From Copranaerobaculum intestinale (lineage in GTDB: Bacteria > Bacillota_I > Bacilli_A > Erysipelotrichales > Erysipelotrichaceae), in NCBI RefSeq assembly GCF_009831105.1, contig NZ_WUUQ01000001.1, positions 360,001 through 392,000 of the forward strand: a stretch of 32,000 nt of DNA, in the 5' to 3' direction. Both the position numbers and the translations under genes were made by a program. This document shows positions 1 through 8,513 of this stretch, piece after piece. The notes below the pieces were generated by a model that did not search any database, was not told where the DNA came from, and was given only the letters and a program-made list of their open reading frames with translations. Numbering within the stretch: position 1 is the first letter of the stretch; each line of letters opens with the position of its first letter.

Positions 1-96
1 TCGTTTTGCCATGATTGACCAGGCTTCCTGATGTTTTAAGCTGTCCCAGAATAATGTACCGTTAAAATCAAAAATAACGCCTTTTATCTGCTTCAT
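1..96 (-). CDS. HAD-superfamily hydrolase, N-terminal fragment (gene continues beyond the left edge)
   Basis: Minus-strand ATG at 96..94 with GGAGG about 10 nt upstream. Translation MKQIKGVIFDFNGTLFWDSLKHQEAWSIMAKR carries HAD motif I in the variant form D-F-N-G-T. The start overlaps the stop of the upstream gene (ATGA, 93..96). Confidence 0.6.
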   Translation of the reverse strand, partial: MKQIKGVIFDFNGTLFWDSLKHQEAWSIMAKR

Positions 97-1730
97 TTTC
101 CGATTACCTCCTTAACTGCACTCGCTGGTATATACGCTATATTATGCCGTTGATCATATACACCGTTATCATGCTTGACCGCAGTGTGATCATCATTCAA
201 AACTGCATCACTTTGAATGCGATACCATTCATCACTGTTTTCATAATAGGAACCTTTTACCTTTTCTAATAGGGTAACCGCATAATTTTCAGTATTGGGT
301 GAGTAATAGAGCAATTTGGATGAAGGGTCGGCCTTTTGATAAACACCCCATGATTTTCGTCCGTCTATAATACCGATGACAGCGATGCTTTGATCCTTTT
401 TACCCATAGTTTCATCAAAATTGCGATAATGAGCAGCAGCTTTTTCGCCCCAATAGGGATCTGATGCGTAACGTACATTCATGCCGCCGCTTTTATCTCC
501 AAAGAATCCGCCATAGTAGCGATTCCCATTCGCATTACGGCAAGCTTTCGGATCGTCTGTCTGTATTGATTGATCACAGGGATCCAAATAACCATTGGAA
601 AGATAAACTTTTGCGTGAGCGTGAATACTGGCGGCAGCATTTTTATAACGCGCTGCATTGCCATCAGGATCTATATCAAAAGCAGCATGAGAAAATAAAT
701 TATTGGTTTTCAGTGCCAGTTCACTGCGGCCATAACTGCTTTCATTCATGGCTAAGGAAAGCATCATCAAAGCATTTGCACCGTATTGATTTTGATAGCG
801 GATAAATGCTGCGCCCTCTTGGCTAAGCAGCGATTCATTGCTTGCGGCAGTATTTCCTACGGGTTTGCCTGTATATCCCAGATAGTTGGATATATACCAG
901 TTGATATCCGCTGCAAAATAGCTGCTGCGTGCGCGATGAGACAAAAACTGATAGTAATTATAGTAAGGTTTATTGATATTCAGAGCATGAGCGTGTGACT
1001 GATTGCGTTCATCATCTGCCATGTCGGAAAAAGCTGAATAGAAATAATGCCCGTCATAGCTGTATAAATCTTGATTCGGATTGGAAAATTCAGGTTCTCC
1101 AATGTTGACGGCAGCGGTATGGCTTTTTGTGAGATTGGTTGTTATCAGATGGTACATGCCGCCGCCGCGCTGCTGATAGATTGATAGAGATGCGATCTTC
1201 GGATCACTGATACTTAGAATTTCCACATCATTTGCAGATACCCAGCCGATGGTGCCGCTCTGCTTAAACTTTACCTTTTTCAGATCATTTGATCGTCCAA
1301 GGAATAGGGCATCTGCTCCATAACATCCGTTTGTATAGTTTATCTGATTAGTTTGATCTGTTATAAAGGATGTGTTTTCGCGACATGCCTTGGTTCTGAA
1401 ATTAACGATTCCATATCGGATATCAATGATTTCGTCATTTGCCAAAATTGCCGCATTCTCAGTTCCGGCTGTGATGATTGAGCTCATTGCGGCTTGTGCC
1501 TGTTGATACTGGTGATAATACTGAATCGTTTCTTTCTGATTTTGCTCATTAAAAACTGCGACTTCATAGAGGATCGGCCTGCTTTTAAAAATAACAAGCA
1601 GAAATATAGCGGCGATCAGTAAGATACCGCAGGCTGCCCATTCAGCCGGTTTCATTTTCATCTTTGTACGTTTTCTTTTCTTTTGCTTTTTCATAACTAT
1701 CATTTTACACAATATAATTGCTTTTTGCAT
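93..1730 (-). CDS. Membrane-anchored cell-wall hydrolase with GH73 N-acetylglucosaminidase (glucosaminidase/LytD-FlgJ type) domain
   Basis: 545-aa ORF with a basic N-terminus and one hydrophobic helix (AACGILLIAAIFLLVIF). AMNESSYGRSELALKTNNLFSHAAF matches the glucosaminidase-domain core (Glu in E-S-x-x-G context, NNLF). Has an SH3b-like C-terminal stretch. The true start could be an internal Met (MKKQKK or MKMK). Confidence 0.8.
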   Translation of the reverse strand: MQKAIILCKMIVMKKQKKRKRTKMKMKPAEWAACGILLIAAIFLLVIFKSRPILYEVAVFNEQNQKETIQYYHQYQQAQAAMSSIITAGTENAAILANDEIIDIRYGIVNFRTKACRENTSFITDQTNQINYTNGCYGADALFLGRSNDLKKVKFKQSGTIGWVSANDVEILSISDPKIASLSIYQQRGGGMYHLITTNLTKSHTAAVNIGEPEFSNPNQDLYSYDGHYFYSAFSDMADDERNQSHAHALNINKPYYNYYQFLSHRARSSYFAADINWYISNYLGYTGKPVGNTAASNESLLSQEGAAFIRYQNQYGANALMMLSLAMNESSYGRSELALKTNNLFSHAAFDIDPDGNAARYKNAAASIHAHAKVYLSNGYLDPCDQSIQTDDPKACRNANGNRYYGGFFGDKSGGMNVRYASDPYWGEKAAAHYRNFDETMGKKDQSIAVIGIIDGRKSWGVYQKADPSSKLLYYSPNTENYAVTLLEKVKGSYYENSDEWYRIQSDAVLNDDHTAVKHDNGVYDQRHNIAYIPASAVKEVIGK

Positions 1731-1803
1731 TACCTTTCCTGCGATTACCTTTGCCGTGCCTGTGATTTTTATCTCACATATCCTATGAAGAAGGGGGGAT
1801 ACT

Positions 1804-2856
1804 ATGAATCTATTTCAACTGCGTGAGCTTGCTTATCTTGCTTATTTTGATCTGCCTGATTCAACGTGGATCGGAAACAGTGTCAAGGCATTTGCGAAAT
1901 GGCTGCTGAATCAAAGTGATCATAAAAAGGACGAGCATTTAGCGCACCTAAATGATAATATTTATCAACAGGTTGTCATTGAGGATTATGAGAATGAGAA
2001 TGAAACGACTGGTCTGGCTGTTTATTTATTTCAATTCCGTGATGAACATTTGTTTGTATTTCGCGGCAGTGAATCCTATCATGCAGGAACAGAAGCGAAA
2101 GGATGGCAGGATTGGGAAGATAATTTCGATACTATATTTAATGAGAATACAGTTCAGGAACAAGCGGCTTTAGAATTTGTCAATCATCATCATAATCTTG
2201 ATCATATAACACTCTGTGGACATTCTAAGGGAGGGAAGCTGGCAGTCTACACATCACTTAAGATAGATGATTCGATGAATGATCGCATGGAAATGGTAGT
2301 GGGTTTTAATGCCCCAGGCATTCTGCCGGAAATGAAGAAGCAATATCGCAAGCGGATACAATCTGCTGCTTATCAAAAGAAAGTATATCTGCTTGATAAT
2401 GAATATGATATTGTATCAGCGCTTTTCTATCCTGTGGTGAAGCCAATCTTCATCAAGTCGAAACGCAAAGGAGATACCTTGGAGAATGTGATAAAGGCGC
2501 ACGGATTATTCGAATATGAGGAGGATGGGATGCGCTTTGTGACGACAGCGCATCGTGCCGTTTATGCCAGAGAAATTCATTTCTTATTCAATACGCTGCT
2601 TACTCGATTGTCGCCGCAGGAGCTGCGAGTGCTCACCTTGCCTGCTTTTGCGTACTTTGCATTAGATACACCGTTAGAGTCCTTCATACGCTATCTGTAT
2701 TCCATGCTTCAACAGAGTCAAAAACAGCTGGATCAAGTGCATCAGGAACAGACAAACGGAGTATTCAAGCACCTTTCAAAAAAAGGATCATGGCATATAG
2801 AACCGGATATACTGAGTGTATCTGCCTGCAATCAAATGATTGAAACGCATATCTAA
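1804..2856 (+). CDS. DUF2974 / Mbeg1-like alpha/beta-hydrolase-fold protein
   Basis: 350-aa ORF with a G-rich RBS (AAGGGGGG) upstream. Nucleophile-elbow motif LCGHSKGGKLAVY (G-H-S-x-G) and VFRGSE upstream of it, typical of lipase-class-3-like DUF2974 proteins. Followed by a terminator. Confidence 0.7.
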   Translation: MNLFQLRELAYLAYFDLPDSTWIGNSVKAFAKWLLNQSDHKKDEHLAHLNDNIYQQVVIEDYENENETTGLAVYLFQFRDEHLFVFRGSESYHAGTEAKGWQDWEDNFDTIFNENTVQEQAALEFVNHHHNLDHITLCGHSKGGKLAVYTSLKIDDSMNDRMEMVVGFNAPGILPEMKKQYRKRIQSAAYQKKVYLLDNEYDIVSALFYPVVKPIFIKSKRKGDTLENVIKAHGLFEYEEDGMRFVTTAHRAVYAREIHFLFNTLLTRLSPQELRVLTLPAFAYFALDTPLESFIRYLYSMLQQSQKQLDQVHQEQTNGVFKHLSKKGSWHIEPDILSVSACNQMIETHI

Positions 2857-2880
2857 CAGACAGTTTGCTGTCTGTTTTTT
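2855..2880 (+). terminator. Rho-independent terminator after the DUF2974 gene
   Basis: AACAGACAG-tttg-CTGTCTGTT stem followed by a T-run, starting in the stop codon. Confidence 0.8.
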
Positions 2881-3049
2881 ATGATCTGTTAAATAAAAGG
2901 TGCTAAAAATGTTTATATAGATAAATGAGAAGTTCATTTCAAAAGTATATATGATCATAGCGGTGATCAAAACACACCAATCATGAATCAAACCCTTTAC
3001 CATATACTTTGCGTTGCTTACATTTTCTTCTGTAATGCTTGATAATCCA

Positions 3050-3078
3050 TTGTAAAGTTTTACCAGTCGCTTTATAAT
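3050..3078 (+). promoter_or_regulatory. Sigma-A type promoter for the DUF362 gene
   Basis: TTGTAA (3050..3055), 17-nt spacer, TATAAT (3073..3078), about 20 nt upstream of the RBS ACGGAGG. Confidence 0.6.
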
Positions 3079-3099
3079 GACAGTAACGGAGGTATGATT

Positions 3100-4209
3100 A
3101 TGAATAAGTCAAATGTTTACTACTGTGATTTACATACCGGTTTCAACATGAATCTGCTGCAGAAGCTGAAAAAGCTGATGCTGGCGGCAGGCATTAAGAA
3201 TATTGATTTTCAGGATAAATTTGCGGCAATTAAAATTCACTTCGGAGAGCCGGGAAATCTGGCTTATCTTCGTCCCAATTACGCTAAGGTCATGGTTGAT
3301 CTGGTAAAGGAGCTGGGGGGAAAACCATTTTTGACGGACTGTAATACGTTGTATGTCGGTCGTAGAAAAAATGCCTTGGATCATTTAGATGCGGCATATG
3401 AAAATGGCTTTAATCCCTTTGCGACCGGCTGTCACTGCATCATTGCGGATGGCTTGAAGGGTACGGATGAAACGTTGGTTGCGATTGACGGCGATTATGT
3501 AAAAGAAGCAAAGATCGGAACGGCAATTATGGACGCGGATATTTTCCTGACACTGACTCATTTCAAAGGGCATGAAGAAACCGGATTCGGCGGAACTTTA
3601 AAAAACATCGGTATGGGATGCGGATCGCGCGCCGGGAAAATGGAAATGCATTATGACGGCAAACCGGTGATCGATCAAAAAGCTTGTGTCGGCTGTCATC
3701 AGTGTGCAAGAATCTGCGGGCAGGACGCTATTGCTTATACAGATGAAAATAAGGCAATGATCAATTATGACCGTTGTGTTGGCTGCGGACGCTGCATCGG
3801 TGCCTGTAATGTCGATGCCATCAGTCCTGATAATGGATCTGCGAATGATCTTTTGAATAAGAAAATTGCGGAATATGCTTATGCGGTCATAAAAGACCGT
3901 CCTAACTTCCATGTATCTTTGGTCATCGATGTTTCTCCGAACTGCGACTGTCACGATGAAAATGATCTCCCGATCATCGGTGATGTAGGTATGTTTGCTT
4001 CTTTTGATCCGATTGCCCTGGATCAGGCATGCGCGGATATGGCGAATCAGGCACCGGTGATTCCGGATAGTGTATTAGATCATCAGCCGCATCATACACA
4101 CGATCATTTCATTAACAACCATCCGGATACGGACTGGCGGGTATGTCTTGAGCATGGTGAAAAGCTTGGGATGGGAAGCCGAACATACAACTTAATCAAA
4201 ATAGATTGA
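3100..4209 (+). CDS. DUF362 domain protein with inserted 2x[4Fe-4S] ferredoxin domain
   Basis: Two CxxCxxCxxxC motifs (CVGCHQCARIC, CVGCGRCIGAC). N-terminal IKIHFGEPGN...FLTDCNTLY is typical of DUF362. The start at the second ATG (3100) has better spacing to GGAGG than 3094. Confidence 0.8.
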   Translation: MNKSNVYYCDLHTGFNMNLLQKLKKLMLAAGIKNIDFQDKFAAIKIHFGEPGNLAYLRPNYAKVMVDLVKELGGKPFLTDCNTLYVGRRKNALDHLDAAYENGFNPFATGCHCIIADGLKGTDETLVAIDGDYVKEAKIGTAIMDADIFLTLTHFKGHEETGFGGTLKNIGMGCGSRAGKMEMHYDGKPVIDQKACVGCHQCARICGQDAIAYTDENKAMINYDRCVGCGRCIGACNVDAISPDNGSANDLLNKKIAEYAYAVIKDRPNFHVSLVIDVSPNCDCHDENDLPIIGDVGMFASFDPIALDQACADMANQAPVIPDSVLDHQPHHTHDHFINNHPDTDWRVCLEHGEKLGMGSRTYNLIKID

Positions 4210-4233
4210 CTCTCATCCTTGATGAGAGTTTTT
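4209..4233 (+). terminator. Rho-independent terminator after the DUF362 gene
   Basis: CTCTCATC-ctt-GATGAGAG stem then TTTTT. Confidence 0.8.
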
Positions 4234-4277
4234 CATATTTCTTTCATGAAAGTAAATGTAAAGATATAATGATAATA

Positions 4278-4286
4278 TGCTATAAT
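4278..4286 (+). promoter_or_regulatory. Extended -10 promoter element upstream of pheA
   Basis: TGcTATAAT, about 25 nt upstream of the pheA ATG. A second TATAAT lies at 4265..4270. I found no convincing -35. Confidence 0.45.
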
Positions 4287-4311
4287 AGCACTATTAAAAG
4301 GAAGTGATACG

Positions 4312-5388
4312 ATGGATCAGTTGGAACAGGCAAGAGTAGAAATCAATGCGATCGATAAAGAAATGGCAGCTCTCTTCGAACGGCGTATGCAGGCAGTAAA
4401 CGATGTCGCTGCCTATAAGCTTGCTCATCAACTGCCGATTCTGGATGTATCCAGAGAACAGGCGGTCATTCGTAAGAATCTGGAGTATTTGCAGGATGAA
4501 AGTTTAAAACCGTATTTTCAGCAGGTGCTGGAAATGATGATGCAAGTATCACGTGACTTTCAAAAGCATAAAATTGGACAGCGCTGTGTTGTCTATCCGG
4601 GAGTAGAAGGAGCCTTTTCTCATATTGCGGCGAAGCAGCTGTTTCCTGAAGCATCATTACATCAGGTATATACCTTTGAGGAAGCGTTTCAGGCAGTCGA
4701 ATGCGGAGAAGCCGAATTTGGTGTGGTGCCGTTTGAAAATTCCTATACCGGTGAAGTGGGAGAGGTTCTCGATCATCTGCTGTATTACGATTTGCATATC
4801 CAGGATGTTTATGATTTAAAGATTCAGCAGAATCTGCTGGTGCTTCCTGGTACTGATCTTGCTGATATTAAGCAAGTGTATTCTCATCCGCAGGCTATCT
4901 CACAGAGCCGTAAGTTTCTGGACTGCTATCACTGGGAAGTGATTCCCTATACGAATACTGCTACAGCGGCAAAATATGTATCGGAAACAAAAGATCCTTC
5001 TAAGGCTGCGATCGCGTCCGGAGAAACTGCGGCGCTTTATGGTCTGGAGATTCTGAAAGAACATATTAATACCAGTGATCAAAATACCACGCGCTTTATC
5101 GTAATCAGCAAACAGATGCGAAGCTTTGGAAATCGTTTTCATATTCTGTTTACCCTGCGCCACGATGCCGGGCAGCTTGCCAAGGTTATGCAGCTGATTG
5201 CAGAATACGGCTTCAATATGGAAAGCATCAAATCACGGCCGCTGCATGATCAGCCATGGCAGTATTATTTCTATGTTGAACTGGATGGCAATATCGCGGA
5301 TCCGCATACCGCTGATCTGTTAAGAGCACTGGAAAAACAATGTGAAAAAGTAAAATTATTAGGAGCATTTAATGCCCGGAAAGGATAA
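4312..5388 (+). CDS. pheA: Bifunctional chorismate mutase / prephenate dehydratase
   Basis: N-terminal chorismate-mutase helix (RVEINAIDKEMAALFERRMQAV). Prephenate dehydratase motifs VPFENSYTGEV and NTTRFIVIS. C-terminal ACT-like domain with MESIKSRP. RBS AAAGGAAG upstream. Confidence 0.92.
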   Translation: MDQLEQARVEINAIDKEMAALFERRMQAVNDVAAYKLAHQLPILDVSREQAVIRKNLEYLQDESLKPYFQQVLEMMMQVSRDFQKHKIGQRCVVYPGVEGAFSHIAAKQLFPEASLHQVYTFEEAFQAVECGEAEFGVVPFENSYTGEVGEVLDHLLYYDLHIQDVYDLKIQQNLLVLPGTDLADIKQVYSHPQAISQSRKFLDCYHWEVIPYTNTATAAKYVSETKDPSKAAIASGETAALYGLEILKEHINTSDQNTTRFIVISKQMRSFGNRFHILFTLRHDAGQLAKVMQLIAEYGFNMESIKSRPLHDQPWQYYFYVELDGNIADPHTADLLRALEKQCEKVKLLGAFNARKG

Positions 5389-5392
5389 TTGT

Positions 5393-6634
5393 ATGCGTTT
5401 TGTGAAAGATGAAGTGAATACAACACCGATCGAGGATACGGTATTTGCGGTTGTAAAAAAAGCTAAGGCAGCGATTGCAGAGCTTGGTGAGGATAGGGTA
5501 ATCAATGCGACCATCGGTTCACTCTATGATGAGGATGAAAAGCTTGTTGCATTTGAAACAGTATTTCATCACTATGATGAAATCACCAAAGAAACAAAGG
5601 CTGCTTACGCGGCTAGCTTTACCGGCAATGATGATTTTCGCGAACAGGTTTATAATTGGGTATGTCAAAATCACAAGCTGAATTTGAAGCATCGAGTTAT
5701 CGCGACACCGGGCGGAACCGGCGCCGTAAGTCTTTGCTTCAATGAGCTTTTAGATGAAGGACAGACGGCGATTATTCCGGAAATCGCATGGGGATCCTAT
5801 GCATTGATGGCAGAAATGCATAATTTAAAAATTGCCCGTTATTCTTTGTTTAAAGATAATCACTTTGATATGGAATCCTTTCAGAAAACTTGCCTTAAAG
5901 TTTTAGATGAACAAAATAAATTGATGGTAGTTATCAATGATCCTTGTCATAATCCAACCGGATATTCCTTGTCGATCCAGGAGTGGGAAACAATTATACA
6001 GTTTCTGAATGAATGCGGAGAAAAGGCGCCGGTCGTACTGCTGAATGATATTGCCTACATCGATTATGCTTATGATTGCCAGCACTCTCGTGACTATCTG
6101 AAAACACTCGAGAGTATGAGCGAACATGTCATGTGTGTTATAGCATTCAGCTGCAGTAAAACGTTAACGTCTTACGGTCTTCGCTGTGGGGCGGCGCTGG
6201 CACTTTCGGCAAGTGAGGAAGCAGTGCGCAGTGTGGAAATAGTCTTTGAAAAAACCGCACGGGCGCTTTGGTCCAATATTCCCAATGCCGCTATGGACAA
6301 CTTTACTTACGTGACGAGCGTTGATAAAGATGCATATTTGGCAGAGAAAGCGAAATATGTGGCGCTGCTGAAACAGCGCAGTGAGGTATTCCTAAAGGAA
6401 GCTGAGGAAGTAAATTTACCGGTATACCCATATAAAGAAGGATTCTTTATCACCGTAGCAGTGCCTGATAATAGCTTACGGGATCTGTATCATGAAGCTT
6501 TGATGAAGGAACAAATATATACGGTGAAAGTAAATCATGGTATCCGTGTTGCGGTTTGTTCCTTAAGCGTCAAGCATTGTTATGGATTGGCTGAGCGGAT
6601 GAAGGATATTTGGGATCAAATTAAGGGAGCGTAA
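5393..6634 (+). CDS. Class I/II PLP-dependent aminotransferase (aromatic/aspartate type), probable phenylpyruvate aminotransferase
   Basis: NDPCHNPTG and the PLP-lysine motif SCSKTLTSYGLRCG. Starts 5 nt after the pheA stop, behind GGAAAGGA. The ORF-track start at 5372 overlaps pheA and lacks an RBS. Confidence 0.85.
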   Translation: MRFVKDEVNTTPIEDTVFAVVKKAKAAIAELGEDRVINATIGSLYDEDEKLVAFETVFHHYDEITKETKAAYAASFTGNDDFREQVYNWVCQNHKLNLKHRVIATPGGTGAVSLCFNELLDEGQTAIIPEIAWGSYALMAEMHNLKIARYSLFKDNHFDMESFQKTCLKVLDEQNKLMVVINDPCHNPTGYSLSIQEWETIIQFLNECGEKAPVVLLNDIAYIDYAYDCQHSRDYLKTLESMSEHVMCVIAFSCSKTLTSYGLRCGAALALSASEEAVRSVEIVFEKTARALWSNIPNAAMDNFTYVTSVDKDAYLAEKAKYVALLKQRSEVFLKEAEEVNLPVYPYKEGFFITVAVPDNSLRDLYHEALMKEQIYTVKVNHGIRVAVCSLSVKHCYGLAERMKDIWDQIKGA

Positions 6635-6645
6635 GCTCCTTTTTT
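6626..6645 (+). terminator. Rho-independent terminator of the pheA-aminotransferase operon
   Basis: GGAGC-gtaa-GCTCC then TTTTTT. The loop contains the stop codon. Confidence 0.75.
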
Positions 6646-6656
6646 GCTGGCGGTAT

Positions 6657-6685
6657 TTGTCGTTCATTAAAAAAACTGTTATGAT
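6657..6685 (+). promoter_or_regulatory. Promoter of the PP2C-like/DUF1848 cassette
   Basis: TTGTCG (6657..6662), 17-nt spacer, extended -10 TGtTATGAT (6677..6685), then RBS AAAGAGG and ATG at 6708. Confidence 0.5.
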
Positions 6686-6707
6686 TATCTCCATAAAGAG
6701 GTACTTC

Positions 6708-7580
6708 ATGTTTAAAAATATTGAATATGCATCAGCCAGCCGTAAGGATCAAAATATCGATGTCATCCATGTGAAACCGAATATCGCCTGGATTCTTGAT
6801 GGTGCGAACAGTTTGTTTCCTTTTCATATCAGCGATGATGAATCGGATGCAAAGTGGTTCGTGAAACAAATTAATGATTATCTGCGCGAGCATGTGAGTA
6901 ATTTCAGCGATGCGGATGAGCTGTTTCACAATGCTCAAAAAGCAGTGATTGAGCAGTATGAAGCAATGTCCGATGAAGAAATCACCGATATGGAGTATCC
7001 CAATACAGCCTTGGCGCTTGTTTATGTCCAGAAGAATCAGTTGTGTTATCATGTACTGGGGCCATGTGAAATACTCTTTCATTTCGATGACGGCAGTACC
7101 AAATCTGTCATGGATTTACGATTACCGCATATGGATGCCAGATTGACAAGTATCTGCCGTGATCTGCGAGAAAAGAAGCATGTACCGCTTTACCAAGTAC
7201 GTACCTTCATGGATCATATGATGATTGAAAATCGACTGCATCGCAATTTGCCGGGGGGCTATTACATTTTGGGAGAAGATCCGTCAGTATGGAGTGAAAC
7301 GATCACCGGAATGGTTCCGTTAAATCACCTTCATTCTGTATCCCTGATTTGCCATGGATTTGAAGAATATTATCATCCGCCGCGAATGGAAGCAGCGTTG
7401 AAGGAGTATATCTTTGTGAAACGCAATCAGAAGCTGGTGAATGATTATGAACAATCCTTGAGAAATCAAGTAGGAAACTTTAATCTGGCACGGTATGTAC
7501 AGGAACAGTTATCCCGTTCATCAACGTTTGTTACATTTGAGATCGCCAAGGAAATGCTTGAAACAAAGGAGGTCCAATGA
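6708..7580 (+). CDS. Uncharacterised protein, tentatively a degenerate PP2C-like (PP2C_2-type) fold
   Basis: The ORF is open from 6657, but an RBS (AAAGAGG) precedes the Met at 6708. RKDQNIDVIHV...WILDGANS resembles the N-terminal QD...DGAGS region of PP2C_2 proteins. Later positions read LGPCE and ICHGF where PP2C has GD and DG. The assignment is by eye only. Confidence 0.55.
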   Translation: MFKNIEYASASRKDQNIDVIHVKPNIAWILDGANSLFPFHISDDESDAKWFVKQINDYLREHVSNFSDADELFHNAQKAVIEQYEAMSDEEITDMEYPNTALALVYVQKNQLCYHVLGPCEILFHFDDGSTKSVMDLRLPHMDARLTSICRDLREKKHVPLYQVRTFMDHMMIENRLHRNLPGGYYILGEDPSVWSETITGMVPLNHLHSVSLICHGFEEYYHPPRMEAALKEYIFVKRNQKLVNDYEQSLRNQVGNFNLARYVQEQLSRSSTFVTFEIAKEMLETKEVQ

Positions 7581-8500
7581 TCTTATTTGTCAGCGGACGC
7601 TGTGATATACCTGCTTTCTATATGCAGTGGTTTATGAAACGTTTGACCGCTGGGTTTGTTGATGTTCGAAATCCATTTAATGAACACCAGATCAGTCGGA
7701 TTCTGCTGAATGAGGATATGGTTGATTGCCTGTTCTTTTGCACAAAGAACCCGATACCGATGCTTCCTTATTTGGATGAAATAAAACTTCCATACTTTGT
7801 TCATGTAACCGTAACGCCTTACCATTCCGACATGGAGTGCCGTGTTCCGGATAAACGGACGATCCTGCAGGCGGTAAAGGACATGGCGGTGAAGCTAGGT
7901 AAGGATCGAGTCATGCTTCGTTATGATCCGATCATATTGAATGATCGTTATACAGTCGCGTATCATCAGCGAGCTTTTCATCATTTACTTCAAGAATTAA
8001 GCGGCTATATCGATACCTGTATTATCTCCTTTGTCGATCTGTATAAAAATACGCGAGCGAACCAGTCGCTGATACGGATGAAACCAATCACCCCTGATGA
8101 TATCTATGCCTTGTGCAGTTCTTTTCAAAAGGATGCGGCGTTATATGGTTTTCAAATACAGACATGTGCGGAAGGTAAAATAGATTTAAAGCGTTATCGA
8201 ATCTATGATCGTCCCTGTGTAGAATTGGAAGCAGTTCAAAAGCTATGCGGAAAAAATCTTCAATACCGTAAAATAGCAGGAGTCCGCAAGCAGCTTTGCG
8301 GCTGTCTGCCAACAGTCGATATCGGAGACTATAATGCCTGTGCTCATGAATGTCTGTATTGTTACGCAAATTACAACGCACGGAGCATTCGCGAACGCAT
8401 GGCTGCACACGATCCGAATGCAAGCGTTCTATTGGGTCATATTGAAGCACAGGATTCAATTACAATACGAAAAGATTATAAGAAGAAAAGCGCAGTGTGA
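7577..8500 (+). CDS. DUF1848 domain protein with C-terminal CX3CX2C Fe-S motif
   Basis: N-terminus ILFVSGRCDIPAFYMQWFMKRLTAGFVDVRNPFN is the characteristic DUF1848 start. C-terminal CGCLPTVDIGDYNACAHECLYCYAN. The start overlaps the upstream stop (ATGA, 7577..7580). Confidence 0.8.
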   Translation: MILFVSGRCDIPAFYMQWFMKRLTAGFVDVRNPFNEHQISRILLNEDMVDCLFFCTKNPIPMLPYLDEIKLPYFVHVTVTPYHSDMECRVPDKRTILQAVKDMAVKLGKDRVMLRYDPIILNDRYTVAYHQRAFHHLLQELSGYIDTCIISFVDLYKNTRANQSLIRMKPITPDDIYALCSSFQKDAALYGFQIQTCAEGKIDLKRYRIYDRPCVELEAVQKLCGKNLQYRKIAGVRKQLCGCLPTVDIGDYNACAHECLYCYANYNARSIRERMAAHDPNASVLLGHIEAQDSITIRKDYKKKSAV

Positions 8501-8513
8501 TCTGTGCTTTTTT
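8487..8513 (+). terminator. Rho-independent terminator after the DUF1848 gene
   Basis: AAAGCGCAG-tgtgat-CTGTGCTTT (one G-U pair) running into a T-run. Overlaps the stop codon. Confidence 0.65.

Noticed and set aside
2788-3003. 71-aa hydrophobic minus-strand ORF in the 2857..3099 intergenic region
   Set aside because: It has no RBS before its ATG. The frame reads through the plus-strand terminator and into the 3' end of the DUF2974 gene. It is most likely a chance ORF in AT-rich DNA.
4234-4311. Phe-responsive T-box or attenuator leader before pheA
   Set aside because: The leader is only about 78 nt from the upstream terminator to the ATG. That is too short for a T-box, and it has no leader peptide or terminator hairpin.
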